Origin: Nannocystales bacterium
Lineage (GTDB): Bacteria > Myxococcota_A > Polyangia > Nannocystales > Nannocystaceae
NCBI GenBank assembly: GCA_050633305.1
Contig: JBOEGF010000014.1
Location: forward strand, 64,001-128,000
Reading direction: 5' to 3'
DNA: 64,000 nt
This document shows, piece after piece, positions 9,638 to 18,106 of the stretch. The translations under genes were made by a program, and so were the position numbers. The notes under the pieces are model-generated. The model was not told where the DNA came from and searched no databases. It saw only the letters and a program-made list of their open reading frames with translations. Each line of letters begins with the position of its first letter. The stretch's first letter is position 1.

Positions 9638-11386
9638 GTGAGTCAGGCCGATGCCAAGATCGTGGAGCACGAAGAGGCGGCCCACGAGAAGCGCAACTGG
9701 GTTCGGCTGACGTACGACTGCAACGACCGCTGCATCTTCTGCCTCGACTCACACACGCACGATGGGACGAACCGCGACCGCGAAGAAGTTCGGGCGCAGA
9801 TCCTCGACGGGCGGCGCAAGGGCGCGCAGCGGCTGATCCTCTCGGGGGGAGAGCCGACGATCCACCCGGACTTCGTCAAGTTCGTGAAGCTCGGGGCCCT
9901 GGCCGGTTACCGCAAAGTGCAAACCGTCACGAACGGCCGGATGTTCGCGTACCCCGACTTCCTCAAGCGGAGCCTGGACGCTGGCCTCTCGGAGATCACG
10001 TTTTCGATCCACGGTCCCAACGCCCGGGTTCACGACGCGTTGGTCGGAACGAAGGGGGCATTCGAGCAAGAGGTCACGGGCCTGAAGCACGCGATGGCGG
10101 ATGGTCGGCCGATCATCAACATCGATGTCTGCGTGAACAAGGGCAACGTGAAGGTGCTGCCCGACATCCTGGAGACGTTCGTCGGCATGGGCGTCAAGGA
10201 GTACGACCTGCTCCACGTGATCCCGTTCGGACGCGCGTACACCGAGGGCAAGGAAACGCTCTTCTACGACCTTGAAGAGATGCGCCCGTTTCTCCTCGAG
10301 GCGTTCGAATATTCGAAGCGTCCGGACATCCACATCTGGCTCAACCGCTTTCCCGTTCCTCACCTCGAGGGCTACGAGTCGCTCATCCAGGACCCGTACA
10401 AGCTCGGTGATGAGGTGCGCGGTCGCAAGGAAGAGTATGCGCAGCTGCTCGAGCGAGGCATCCCGTTGGACTGCCGAGAGCCGGACCGGTGTCGCCACTG
10501 TTACCTCGAGCCGCTGTGCGACCGGCTCGATGAGGTTCGGGAAACGGTCGCGGAGCAGACCTACGCCCGGGTGCGTCTCGAGCCCGGGTTCGAGGCGTCG
10601 ATGCAGCCGGTCTACGGCGGAGACCCGGCGACCAAGAAGCGCACAGAGGAGCGCAGTCAGATCGCTCAGGAGGCGCAGGCGGGCAACGTTCAAGCTCGGC
10701 ATCGTCTTCAGGTGATCGGGGCGGGCAAGTCGGTGCAGTACCCCAGCGTGGCGCACCACGTTGCCGCGGCCAAGACGGTGTGGATCGTTGCACCGACGCT
10801 GGCGGACGCACAGCGGGCGCTGAAGGGGTTGGAGGTCGCGGCGGTGGAACTCGAACTTGCGGACCCCACCGGCATCGAGCCAACCCTCGATGGAGTTGCG
10901 GTGACCCGCGTGCTGGTCAAGACCACCGAGCACGCGCAAGCGCTGCTCGAGATGGAGGCGCCCTTCGAGGTTGCGATCACGTTGTCGAAGGCCACAGCAC
11001 CGTGGCTCCTGTCGCTGGATGCGGCGCCAGATCGCCTGTGCATCGTGCAACCCAGCCACGATCGGCTCACAACCGCGGCGTCCGAAGATGTTGAGCTGGA
11101 TGCCTTCTTCGAGGCGTTCGAGCTCCCCGTTCCGGTCGAGGGTGTTCCGGCCTGCATCAGCGCAGAGCGAGCCCGCGCGACACCATCCACCCTGGACGCA
11201 GCGATGATGACGCCGCAGGGCGAACTCGAGATCTTCCGTTTCGCAAGGCGGTACGTGCAGTCCGACTACCGGGTGAAATCGCTGCGCTGCAAGACATGCA
11301 AACACGTCGGGTCGTGCGAAGGGCTGCATGTCAACCACGTGCGGGCGTTCGGATTCGCAGCGTTGCAACCGGTGACCGACGGATGA
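9638..11386 (+). CDS. Radical SAM enzyme (HxsC-like) with two auxiliary Cys clusters
   Basis: CNDRCIFC, LSGGEPTIHP, TNGRMF, SIHG...HDALV; internal CREPDRCRHCYLEPLC and terminal CKTCKHVGSCEG. GTG 9638 follows a TATCCT box (ORF-track start 9617). Confidence 0.9.
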   Translation: MSQADAKIVEHEEAAHEKRNWVRLTYDCNDRCIFCLDSHTHDGTNRDREEVRAQILDGRRKGAQRLILSGGEPTIHPDFVKFVKLGALAGYRKVQTVTNGRMFAYPDFLKRSLDAGLSEITFSIHGPNARVHDALVGTKGAFEQEVTGLKHAMADGRPIINIDVCVNKGNVKVLPDILETFVGMGVKEYDLLHVIPFGRAYTEGKETLFYDLEEMRPFLLEAFEYSKRPDIHIWLNRFPVPHLEGYESLIQDPYKLGDEVRGRKEEYAQLLERGIPLDCREPDRCRHCYLEPLCDRLDEVRETVAEQTYARVRLEPGFEASMQPVYGGDPATKKRTEERSQIAQEAQAGNVQARHRLQVIGAGKSVQYPSVAHHVAAAKTVWIVAPTLADAQRALKGLEVAAVELELADPTGIEPTLDGVAVTRVLVKTTEHAQALLEMEAPFEVAITLSKATAPWLLSLDAAPDRLCIVQPSHDRLTTAASEDVELDAFFEAFELPVPVEGVPACISAERARATPSTLDAAMMTPQGELEIFRFARRYVQSDYRVKSLRCKTCKHVGSCEGLHVNHVRAFGFAALQPVTDG

Positions 11387-12480
11387 AGTGGCCCGATGCC
11401 GAAGGGCTGGTGCTGGATGACCTCACGGTCCCGAGGCCCGGCTCGAGCACGTTGCGTGGCGTATGGTCCAGAGCGCTCCGTCGAACGGTCCTCGATTTGC
11501 TTTCGCTCGAGGCCCCGCCGACCTGCCGCACGTGGGGCGTGAGCCGGGCCGCCGTCGCAGGGTTGGCAAAGTCGAACCCCGGGGCGTTGTTCAGCGTGTT
11601 GCGTCAGCCCGGTGTTGGAACGCGGATCCGGTGCCTCCGAGATCCGTCGCGCGATGACATCGATCGCGTTGCCGTCTGTGAATCCCTGCAGGCGGTGCTG
11701 GCACACGAGTTGGGAGCGTCGTGGACGGGCCCGGTCGTTCTCGATGCCACGTTTACCTCGTGGCGCGAGCGAGGCGAGGTCCGCGGCGGTCGGGTGATGA
11801 CCCAAGACGAGCACGGCCTACTGTTCGCGCCATTGGGTGCAGGCGTGATGTTGTGCCGGGCGGACGACAGCCCGCTCGCCATGCACGAGGCGCACCCGGA
11901 CAAGGATGGCAACCGCACCTCGCTCGGGGGGCAAGCGCAGTCACAATGGGTCGAGAGCCTGCGAGCCGCACTGGAGCTGATCGGAGTCGGACTCCCGGAC
12001 TTACACGCAGAGATCGAGCTCGCCCTGCATCAGATCGTCCCGGTCGGCTACGAGGAGTCCCGCCATCTCTCCGCATCGTTTCAGGAAAACCTCGGCACGG
12101 CGTACATGACGCTGCACCCGCAGCGGATGACGATGGTCGAGGCGATCGTGCACGAGTTCTCCCACAACAAGCTCAACGCCCTGCTCGAAATCGATCCGGT
12201 GCTTCACAACGCTTTCGAGCCGCTGTTCTCATCTCCAGTACGGCCGGATCCGCGGCCACTGCACGGCGTCCTTCTTGCGGTACACGCGTTCACGGCGGTG
12301 GAGTCGCTGTATCGCTCACTTCGCCGCCAGGGCCACCGTGTCAGCGAGGGACAAGGTTTTGAGCAACGCCTGAGAACGATCGCGGAAGGGAATCGCGAGG
12401 GGCTCGAAACGCTCGAAAACGCCGAGCCGACAGCGGCGGGGAAGTCGTTGTTGTCCGAGCTTCGCCGCCTCGCGGTGTAG
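11383..12480 (+). CDS. HEXXH-motif peptide-modification protein (aKG-HExxH family)
   Basis: HLSAS..ENLG, EAIVHEFSHNKLNAL, SPVRPDPRPLHGVLLAVHAF, TAAGKSLL. ATGA overlap with the radical SAM stop. Confidence 0.85.
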   Translation: MKWPDAEGLVLDDLTVPRPGSSTLRGVWSRALRRTVLDLLSLEAPPTCRTWGVSRAAVAGLAKSNPGALFSVLRQPGVGTRIRCLRDPSRDDIDRVAVCESLQAVLAHELGASWTGPVVLDATFTSWRERGEVRGGRVMTQDEHGLLFAPLGAGVMLCRADDSPLAMHEAHPDKDGNRTSLGGQAQSQWVESLRAALELIGVGLPDLHAEIELALHQIVPVGYEESRHLSASFQENLGTAYMTLHPQRMTMVEAIVHEFSHNKLNALLEIDPVLHNAFEPLFSSPVRPDPRPLHGVLLAVHAFTAVESLYRSLRRQGHRVSEGQGFEQRLRTIAEGNREGLETLENAEPTAAGKSLLSELRRLAV

Positions 12481-12591
12481 CGTCCGGCGCCACCGGATAC
12501 GCGCGGAGTCGCCCAAAACCGGCTGGCAGAGCACCTTGCGGCTGTATGCCGGTTCAGGCATCACAAGGGGCGGGGTATTGGGTTTGTTGTT

Positions 12592-12618
12592 CGCGGAGGT
12601 CTACGCCGCGGCTTTTTT
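12592..12618 (+). terminator. Weak candidate intrinsic terminator after the rSAM-HExxH pair
   Basis: CGCGG-N9-CCGCG followed by GC and T6; the stem is only 5 bp. Confidence 0.3.
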
Positions 12619-12666
12619 CGTCGTGTTCACGCGCCCTGCCATCCTGTGTGCTCGAGGGCACCAGCC

Positions 12667-14118
12667 ATGCTTACTGCTAGTACTTCCGTTCTCATCGCTC
12701 TTGCTCTGACCCAGGCGGCCCCGGAAGGGGATGCTGATGCCTCGGGCAGCATCTCCCTTGGAGGCGGTGATGGCTCGGCGTCGGCCGAAGGGGGCGCGGA
12801 GGGGACGGAGGACCCGAACAAGCGCAAGGACCAGCGCTGGATCAAGCGTTGGGCGCCCGAGCGCAACATGGTCGAGCTCGGGGTGTTTGGCGGGCTGATG
12901 TTCCCACACCCTCGACTCGAGCTCTTCGAGCCGATCGAAGGAGCCCCCGATCAGGGGTTCAAGCCGCTAGCATCACTCTCACCCGAAGTCGGTGGCAGAC
13001 TCGGATACTACCCGGCGCGGTTCCTCGGTCTGGAGGCAGAGGGCGCCTGGTTACCCACAGAGACGGACGCGGGCGACGCGGTCAACCTCTGGGCGGTTCG
13101 TGGACACTTGGTGGCTCAGGTCGCGCGATGGAGCATCACGCCGTTTGCGTTGGCCGGGGTCTCCGGGCTGGCAGTGGCCAGTGGGAGTGACGCGGTGGGC
13201 AACGACGTCGATCTTGGCTTCCATTTCGGAGGCGGTCTCAAGTTCTTCTTCACGCGCCGCTTCATGATGCGGCTCGACGTTCGCGACACGATGACCGCGC
13301 GGCGGGGGTTGGGGCTGGGCGTGGTGCACTCGCCCGAGGTGCTGCTCGGCATTGGCTTGGCGCTCAACCGCAAGAAATCCCCGCCGCCACCCGATCTCGA
13401 TCGCGACGATGACGGCATCCTCGATGCCGACGACAAGTGTATCGACGTACCAGGGGTCGTCGAGTACGAGGGGTGCCCGGTGCCGGATACTGACGGCGAT
13501 GGCATCATGGATCCGGACGACAAGTGCGTCGACGTGCCGGGCGTACCCGAGTACGAGGGATGCCCGATCCCGGATACGGATGGGGACGGCATCATGGATC
13601 CGGACGACAAGTGTGTCGACGTGCCGGGCGTGCCCGAATACGACGGCTGTCCCATCCCCGACACCGATGGGGACGGCATCCTGGACCCGGACGACAAGTG
13701 CGTGGACGAGCCGGAGACGGTCAACCAGTACGAGGACGAGGACGGCTGTCCCGATATTGTGCCGGAGAAGGTCCAGCAGTTCACCGGGGTCATCGAAGGC
13801 ATCTTCTTCGACACCGCGAAGGCCTCGATCAAGAAGCGCTCCACGGCCAAGCTCGACAACGCGATTTCGGTCCTCAAAGAGTTCCCGAAGCTCCGGATCG
13901 AGATCAGCGGACACACCGACGACCGTGGCAACGACGATTACAACACGAAGCTGTCCGCCGACCGGGCGGAGTCTGTGAAGGAGTACATGGTCGCAGCAGG
14001 TATCGACGGAAGTCGGATCGAAACGCGTGGCGCCGGCGAACTCGAGCCACGCGAGAGCAACAAGTCCAAGACCGGGCGAGCCAAGAACCGCCGGATCGAG
14101 TTCAAGCTGCTCAAGTAG
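12667..14118 (+). CDS. OmpA-family outer-membrane protein: beta-barrel + TSP3 repeats + OmpA C-terminal domain (TraB-like architecture)
   Basis: Signal peptide, beta-barrel strands, DxDGDGIxDxDDKC repeats, IFFDT...IEISGHTD..G...YN.KLS.DRA.SV...NRRIEF. Confidence 0.9.
   Translation: MLTASTSVLIALALTQAAPEGDADASGSISLGGGDGSASAEGGAEGTEDPNKRKDQRWIKRWAPERNMVELGVFGGLMFPHPRLELFEPIEGAPDQGFKPLASLSPEVGGRLGYYPARFLGLEAEGAWLPTETDAGDAVNLWAVRGHLVAQVARWSITPFALAGVSGLAVASGSDAVGNDVDLGFHFGGGLKFFFTRRFMMRLDVRDTMTARRGLGLGVVHSPEVLLGIGLALNRKKSPPPPDLDRDDDGILDADDKCIDVPGVVEYEGCPVPDTDGDGIMDPDDKCVDVPGVPEYEGCPIPDTDGDGIMDPDDKCVDVPGVPEYDGCPIPDTDGDGILDPDDKCVDEPETVNQYEDEDGCPDIVPEKVQQFTGVIEGIFFDTAKASIKKRSTAKLDNAISVLKEFPKLRIEISGHTDDRGNDDYNTKLSADRAESVKEYMVAAGIDGSRIETRGAGELEPRESNKSKTGRAKNRRIEFKLLK
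13399..13755 (+). repeat. Four tandem 87-nt (29-aa) TSP3-like Ca-binding repeats
   Basis: Unit DTDGDGIMDPDDKCVDVPGVPEYEGCPIP; the middle copies are near-identical in DNA. Confidence 0.9.
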
Positions 14119-14140
14119 GCACACGTAGGGGGGATTGACG

Positions 14141-16507
14141 ATGGATACGAAAACGATGCGCTGGCTTCTGTCGAGTGGACTTGTGGCGACCGGACTCACG
14201 GGGTGTGCGGACCCGTGTTCAGACGATGGGCTTCTCCAGGACGAGGTCTCGGAGTGCCCTGTGGACGTCGGTGGCGGAGGTGAATCCGACACCGAATCCG
14301 ACACCGACTCTGTGACGGACTCGGACTCGGACTCGGATTCGGATTCGGACTCGGACTCCGACTCGGATTCAGGCACGGACTCGGACACCGACTCGGAGAC
14401 GGAGAGCGGCACGGACTCGGACACCGAGGGTGGCGGCGACTGCATGGACGGGATGCAGAACGGCGACGAGACCGACGTGGACTGCGGCAATACCTGTGGC
14501 GCCACGTGCGAGGACGGCGAGGGCTGCGATGACGGAGACGATTGTGTCTCCGGTGTCTGCAACGAGGACACGCTGACCTGTGAGCAGGGGGAGCCGGTGT
14601 CCTACTGCGAGGATGCCGACGCCGACGGGTTTGGTGACCCGGACACCTGTGTCGACGTGCCTCCGGGCGAGGATCCTCCCGACGGCAGCGTGCCCAACGG
14701 GGACGATTGCGCCGACGACAACGGCAACGCATACCCCGGGGCGGCGGCGGAAGAGCCGGACCTGTGTGCCGAGGACGAGGACGGCGATGGCTACGGTGAT
14801 GCTGACCCTCCCGATGGCGTCGACCCCGGTTCTGACTGCGTCGACACCGAGGCGGACATCTATCCCGGTGCCGCCGAGCTGGAGCCGGAGTTGTGTACCG
14901 CTGATGTCGACGACGACGGCTATGGTGATGACAGCGCGACCGAGATCGACCCGGGCGCAGACGACGGCACCGACTGTGCCGATGACAACCCGAACGCATT
15001 CCCGGGGTCGGCCCCCAACGATAGCCCCACCGCGTGTCTCGAAGACGAGGATGGCGACGACTACGGCGACGCCGATCCCCCCGAGGGCGTTGAGGCGGGC
15101 ACGGACTGCAACGACATGGATGAGTCCGTGCCGTTCATCGTCGAGGGCATTCCCGACGACTGTCCCACCGCGGAACTCCTCGATGGGTCGCTAGGTTGCG
15201 AGTTCTACGCGATGCCACTGGCCAACGACGCTGGGGCTCCGCCGACCTACCAGCTGCTGCTGGCGAATGCGCATCCGTCCAACACGGCGTCGGTCACCAT
15301 CGAGACGCTCATCGGTGGTGTGTGGACTCCGCTGGTCGGACCCGTCGACATCCCGCCCGAGGCTCAGATCGTTGAGGATGTTCCGTACAACGCGTCGGGA
15401 TCGACGGCGATCTCCGTGGGCGGTGCGTATCGGGTCGTGTCCGATGTTCCGATCGCTGCGTACCAGGCATCGATCTCCCAATTCACCTCTGACGCCTCGC
15501 TTCTCATCCCGGTGGCGTCGTGGGACTCCGACTACGACGTCGTTGGATACGACGGTGTCAACGGGACCTTCGGAGAGTATGTCGCAGTCGTCGCGGGGGA
15601 GGATGCGACCGACGTGACGATCTCCCCGTCTCAGACGATCATCGGTGGCGGTGGAGTGCCGGCCATCCCAGCCGGGGGCTCCGATGTGATCACGCTCGAT
15701 GAGGGTGACGTTGTCGTCATGATGGCGACGGGCACGAACGGGACCTCGGACGCCTCTCTCACCGGGACGCTCATTTCCTCGAGCGCCCCCGTCGGGGTCT
15801 TCACGGGGAGCGAGTGCAGCAACGTCCCCGGTGGGAACAGCTTCTGCGACCACCTCGAGGAGATGCAGACGCCCACCAATACGGCTTCCAACACCGTTGT
15901 CGCCGCTCGTATGCCTCCACGCGGCGTGGTGGTCGAGGATGCGGTGTGGCAGATCTACGCCGTCGAAGACGCGGAGGTCAGCTTCGATGCGCTTCCGGGC
16001 GTGACGGGACTTCCTGGCGCTCCGGTCAGCATTGCAGCGGGAGAATCCCTGGAGTTGTCCGTCGGCGGGACGGTCGCCGAGCCCGGTGACTTCGTGGCGG
16101 AGTCCGACGCTCCGATCATCATCTCTCAGTTCCTCGCTGGCTCCACCACCGTCGGTACCGTGGCTCCCGGGATGGCCTCGGGCGACCCTGCCCACGTGAT
16201 CATGCCCGGCGCTTCCCAGTTGCTCGAGGCCTACGTCGTGAGCACCGTGAGCGGCAACGTCGCCAACCACCTCACGGTCACGCGCCAGACCGGGTCCGGC
16301 GACATCGACCTCAACGGGGTCGCGCTGGCGGCCGCAGACTTCGTCGCGATCTCGGGCGAATGGGAGGTCGCGCGGGTCGCGATCACCGAAGGCTCGCACG
16401 TACTGACGAGCGCGGATGCGTTTGCGGTTGTTGTGTCCGGCTACAACGAAGACAACAGCTACGCGTATCTCGGTGGTGGCCAGGCACGCGCGTTGGTCTG
16501 CGAATAG
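14141..16507 (+). CDS. Surface lipoprotein: Ser-Asp tract, Cys/Asp-rich (MopE-like) repeats, C-terminal IgGFc-binding-like domain
   Basis: Lipobox GLTGC; CMDGMQNGDETDVDCG; repeated DxDGDGYG..DCxD..YPGA; GCEFYA, SDVPIAAYQ, TSDASLLIP..W..DY, CDHLEEM, GDP, SYAYLGG. Confidence 0.8.
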   Translation: MDTKTMRWLLSSGLVATGLTGCADPCSDDGLLQDEVSECPVDVGGGGESDTESDTDSVTDSDSDSDSDSDSDSDSDSGTDSDTDSETESGTDSDTEGGGDCMDGMQNGDETDVDCGNTCGATCEDGEGCDDGDDCVSGVCNEDTLTCEQGEPVSYCEDADADGFGDPDTCVDVPPGEDPPDGSVPNGDDCADDNGNAYPGAAAEEPDLCAEDEDGDGYGDADPPDGVDPGSDCVDTEADIYPGAAELEPELCTADVDDDGYGDDSATEIDPGADDGTDCADDNPNAFPGSAPNDSPTACLEDEDGDDYGDADPPEGVEAGTDCNDMDESVPFIVEGIPDDCPTAELLDGSLGCEFYAMPLANDAGAPPTYQLLLANAHPSNTASVTIETLIGGVWTPLVGPVDIPPEAQIVEDVPYNASGSTAISVGGAYRVVSDVPIAAYQASISQFTSDASLLIPVASWDSDYDVVGYDGVNGTFGEYVAVVAGEDATDVTISPSQTIIGGGGVPAIPAGGSDVITLDEGDVVVMMATGTNGTSDASLTGTLISSSAPVGVFTGSECSNVPGGNSFCDHLEEMQTPTNTASNTVVAARMPPRGVVVEDAVWQIYAVEDAEVSFDALPGVTGLPGAPVSIAAGESLELSVGGTVAEPGDFVAESDAPIIISQFLAGSTTVGTVAPGMASGDPAHVIMPGASQLLEAYVVSTVSGNVANHLTVTRQTGSGDIDLNGVALAAADFVAISGEWEVARVAITEGSHVLTSADAFAVVVSGYNEDNSYAYLGGGQARALVCE
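14282..14430 (+). repeat. Hexamer (GACTCG-like) tract encoding Ser-Asp/Thr-Asp dipeptide repeats
   Basis: GACTCGGACTCGGACTCGGATTCGGATTCG... encodes ESDTESDTDSVTDSDSDSDSDSDSDSDSDSGTDSDTDS. Confidence 0.85.
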
Positions 16508-16673
16508 GGCTTGCGCTTCTCGCGCCGAAAAAAGGGGCGAACCAGGGTTAAACCGTTTGCGGCAAGCGAGGCTCTTAGGGGGGACCGCCATGAAAGCCTG
16601 CGCGTTTGCTTCCCACAGTCTTGTCACAACAACCCTTTCCGAGATGCCCGTGCGTCGTGGAGAAGGGGCGTAG

Positions 16674-18059
16674 ATGGGACCTGCCTACTCTATCGCCCTG
16701 CTGGGCGTGATTGTCGCGTTCGGAAACTCCGGCAACCTGGCCGCGCAACGCGATCCGCAGGCCATCCTCGGAGGTGCGCCGGTGGATGCATGCGCGTGGC
16801 CTTCGGCGGCTCGGGTCACGGTCGGCCCCGCCATCCAGGGGGCAGTGCTCATCCATCCGCGTGTCGCTCTGCTGACCAGTGCCCTTCAGAGATACGCCGG
16901 GCCTGGTGACTCATACCGGTTCATCTTCGGCCACTCCGGGACCGGGGACCTGGATGGCGTCGCCGACCTCCAGAACTGCCATTTCGACGGGGTCTTTGGT
17001 GTTTGCGTGCTCAACGAACCCGTTGATCTGCCGTTCGCACCGCCGCTGTTCGGGTGCGAAACGACGAACCTTGGGGTGGGTGCCGCAACCACGCTCGTCG
17101 GTTTTGGTGACGTCGGAAAACAGCCGAATGACGTTAGGCGAGCGGCTCTGGCGACGGTCGACGAGGTCCTCGATACAGGCATCTTCCTGCTGGACGGAGG
17201 GGTGGGCCCGTGTGCGGGCGACGCTGGTTCCCCTGCGTTCCTGCGACTCGAAGATGGCTCCTGGCGGACGGTAGGGATTGCGAGCACCACCGGGTGTAGC
17301 GGTGTTCCGTATCTCACCGTCAGCGACCGGGTGCCTTGGGTCGAGGAAGTGACCGGGATCGACGTGACACCATGTCACGACGCAGACGGGTTTCCCGACG
17401 CTGGGTCTGACTGTGCAGGGTTCTTCGCCGGAGATGCAGATAACATCGGAACTTGGGCCGACGTTTTCTGCGAAGACGGACCGAGGGGAGGGAGTGGAGG
17501 AGTCTGCAGTTCGGACGAACTGCCGCCGAGTGTGACCATCGATGCGCCTGGCGCTGGCACGAGCTACCCCGACGCGCCGTCCTCTGTTGTCGTCGAGGTG
17601 AGTGCCGACGATGCGGAGGGCTTGGGGGTCCGTGACGTCCGGCTGGTGATCAACGGCGAGGTGTTGGGGAGCGAGCGTTCCCAACCTCCGTACACCTTCG
17701 ATGTAGACCTGCCCGAAGGGATTTGGGTTCTCAGGGCCCTGGCTCGCGACTGGGGCGGCAACGAAGCCGAGTCCAGAGAGGTGGAGGTGCTGGTCGGAGA
17801 CGTGATGGTTCCGCCGACGCCAGGCACGGGCACAAGCACAGGCGCAGGACACCCGGGTGAAACCGAATCGGGTGAGTCCTCAGAAACGACGACCTCGGAC
17901 GGTTCCGGTGTTCCGCCCATTGACACCAGCGGTGGCACTGACGTCGACGGTGGGCAAGCCGAACCCGTCGGAGGAGGCTGTGGCGTGGGCGGTCGCAGTC
18001 ATCCCGGGTTGATGGCGGTGTTGCTGATGTGCGGGGTGCTTTTTACTCGGCGACGGTGA
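16674..18059 (+). CDS. Trypsin-fold (S1) protein with degenerate catalytic residues, Ig-like domain and MYXO-CTERM-like tail
   Basis: ILGGAPVDACAWPS N-terminus; LIHPRVALLTSALQ in place of TAAHC; CAGDAGSP in place of GDSGGP; PPSVTIDAP Ig domain; tail GGGCGVGG...LMAVLLMCGVLFTRRR. Confidence 0.8.
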   Translation: MGPAYSIALLGVIVAFGNSGNLAAQRDPQAILGGAPVDACAWPSAARVTVGPAIQGAVLIHPRVALLTSALQRYAGPGDSYRFIFGHSGTGDLDGVADLQNCHFDGVFGVCVLNEPVDLPFAPPLFGCETTNLGVGAATTLVGFGDVGKQPNDVRRAALATVDEVLDTGIFLLDGGVGPCAGDAGSPAFLRLEDGSWRTVGIASTTGCSGVPYLTVSDRVPWVEEVTGIDVTPCHDADGFPDAGSDCAGFFAGDADNIGTWADVFCEDGPRGGSGGVCSSDELPPSVTIDAPGAGTSYPDAPSSVVVEVSADDAEGLGVRDVRLVINGEVLGSERSQPPYTFDVDLPEGIWVLRALARDWGGNEAESREVEVLVGDVMVPPTPGTGTSTGAGHPGETESGESSETTTSDGSGVPPIDTSGGTDVDGGQAEPVGGGCGVGGRSHPGLMAVLLMCGVLFTRRR

Positions 18060-18106
18060 TTGGGCGTCGCGATGCCCTGCCGGGTCAGTACCAGCCTTGT
18101 CGTGGT

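Noticed and set aside
12524..12540. TGGCAG...TTGC sigma-54-like site
   Set aside because: GG-to-GC spacing is 11 nt rather than the required 10.
12546..12680. 44-aa Cys/aromatic-containing ORF (MPVQASQGAGYWVCCS...SHAYC) right after the HExxH gene, as RiPP precursor
   Set aside because: No Shine-Dalgarno or -10 box, atypical codon usage, runs through a terminator-like element and overlaps the ompA start. Revisit only if conserved in orthologous loci.
13399..13755. 87-nt periodic repeats as a CRISPR array
   Set aside because: In-frame coding repeats with no unique spacers and no cas genes.
16508..16673. Intergenic region checked for a c-di-GMP or other riboswitch
   Set aside because: No recognisable conserved riboswitch core on either strand by eye; an Rfam/Infernal scan would be decisive.
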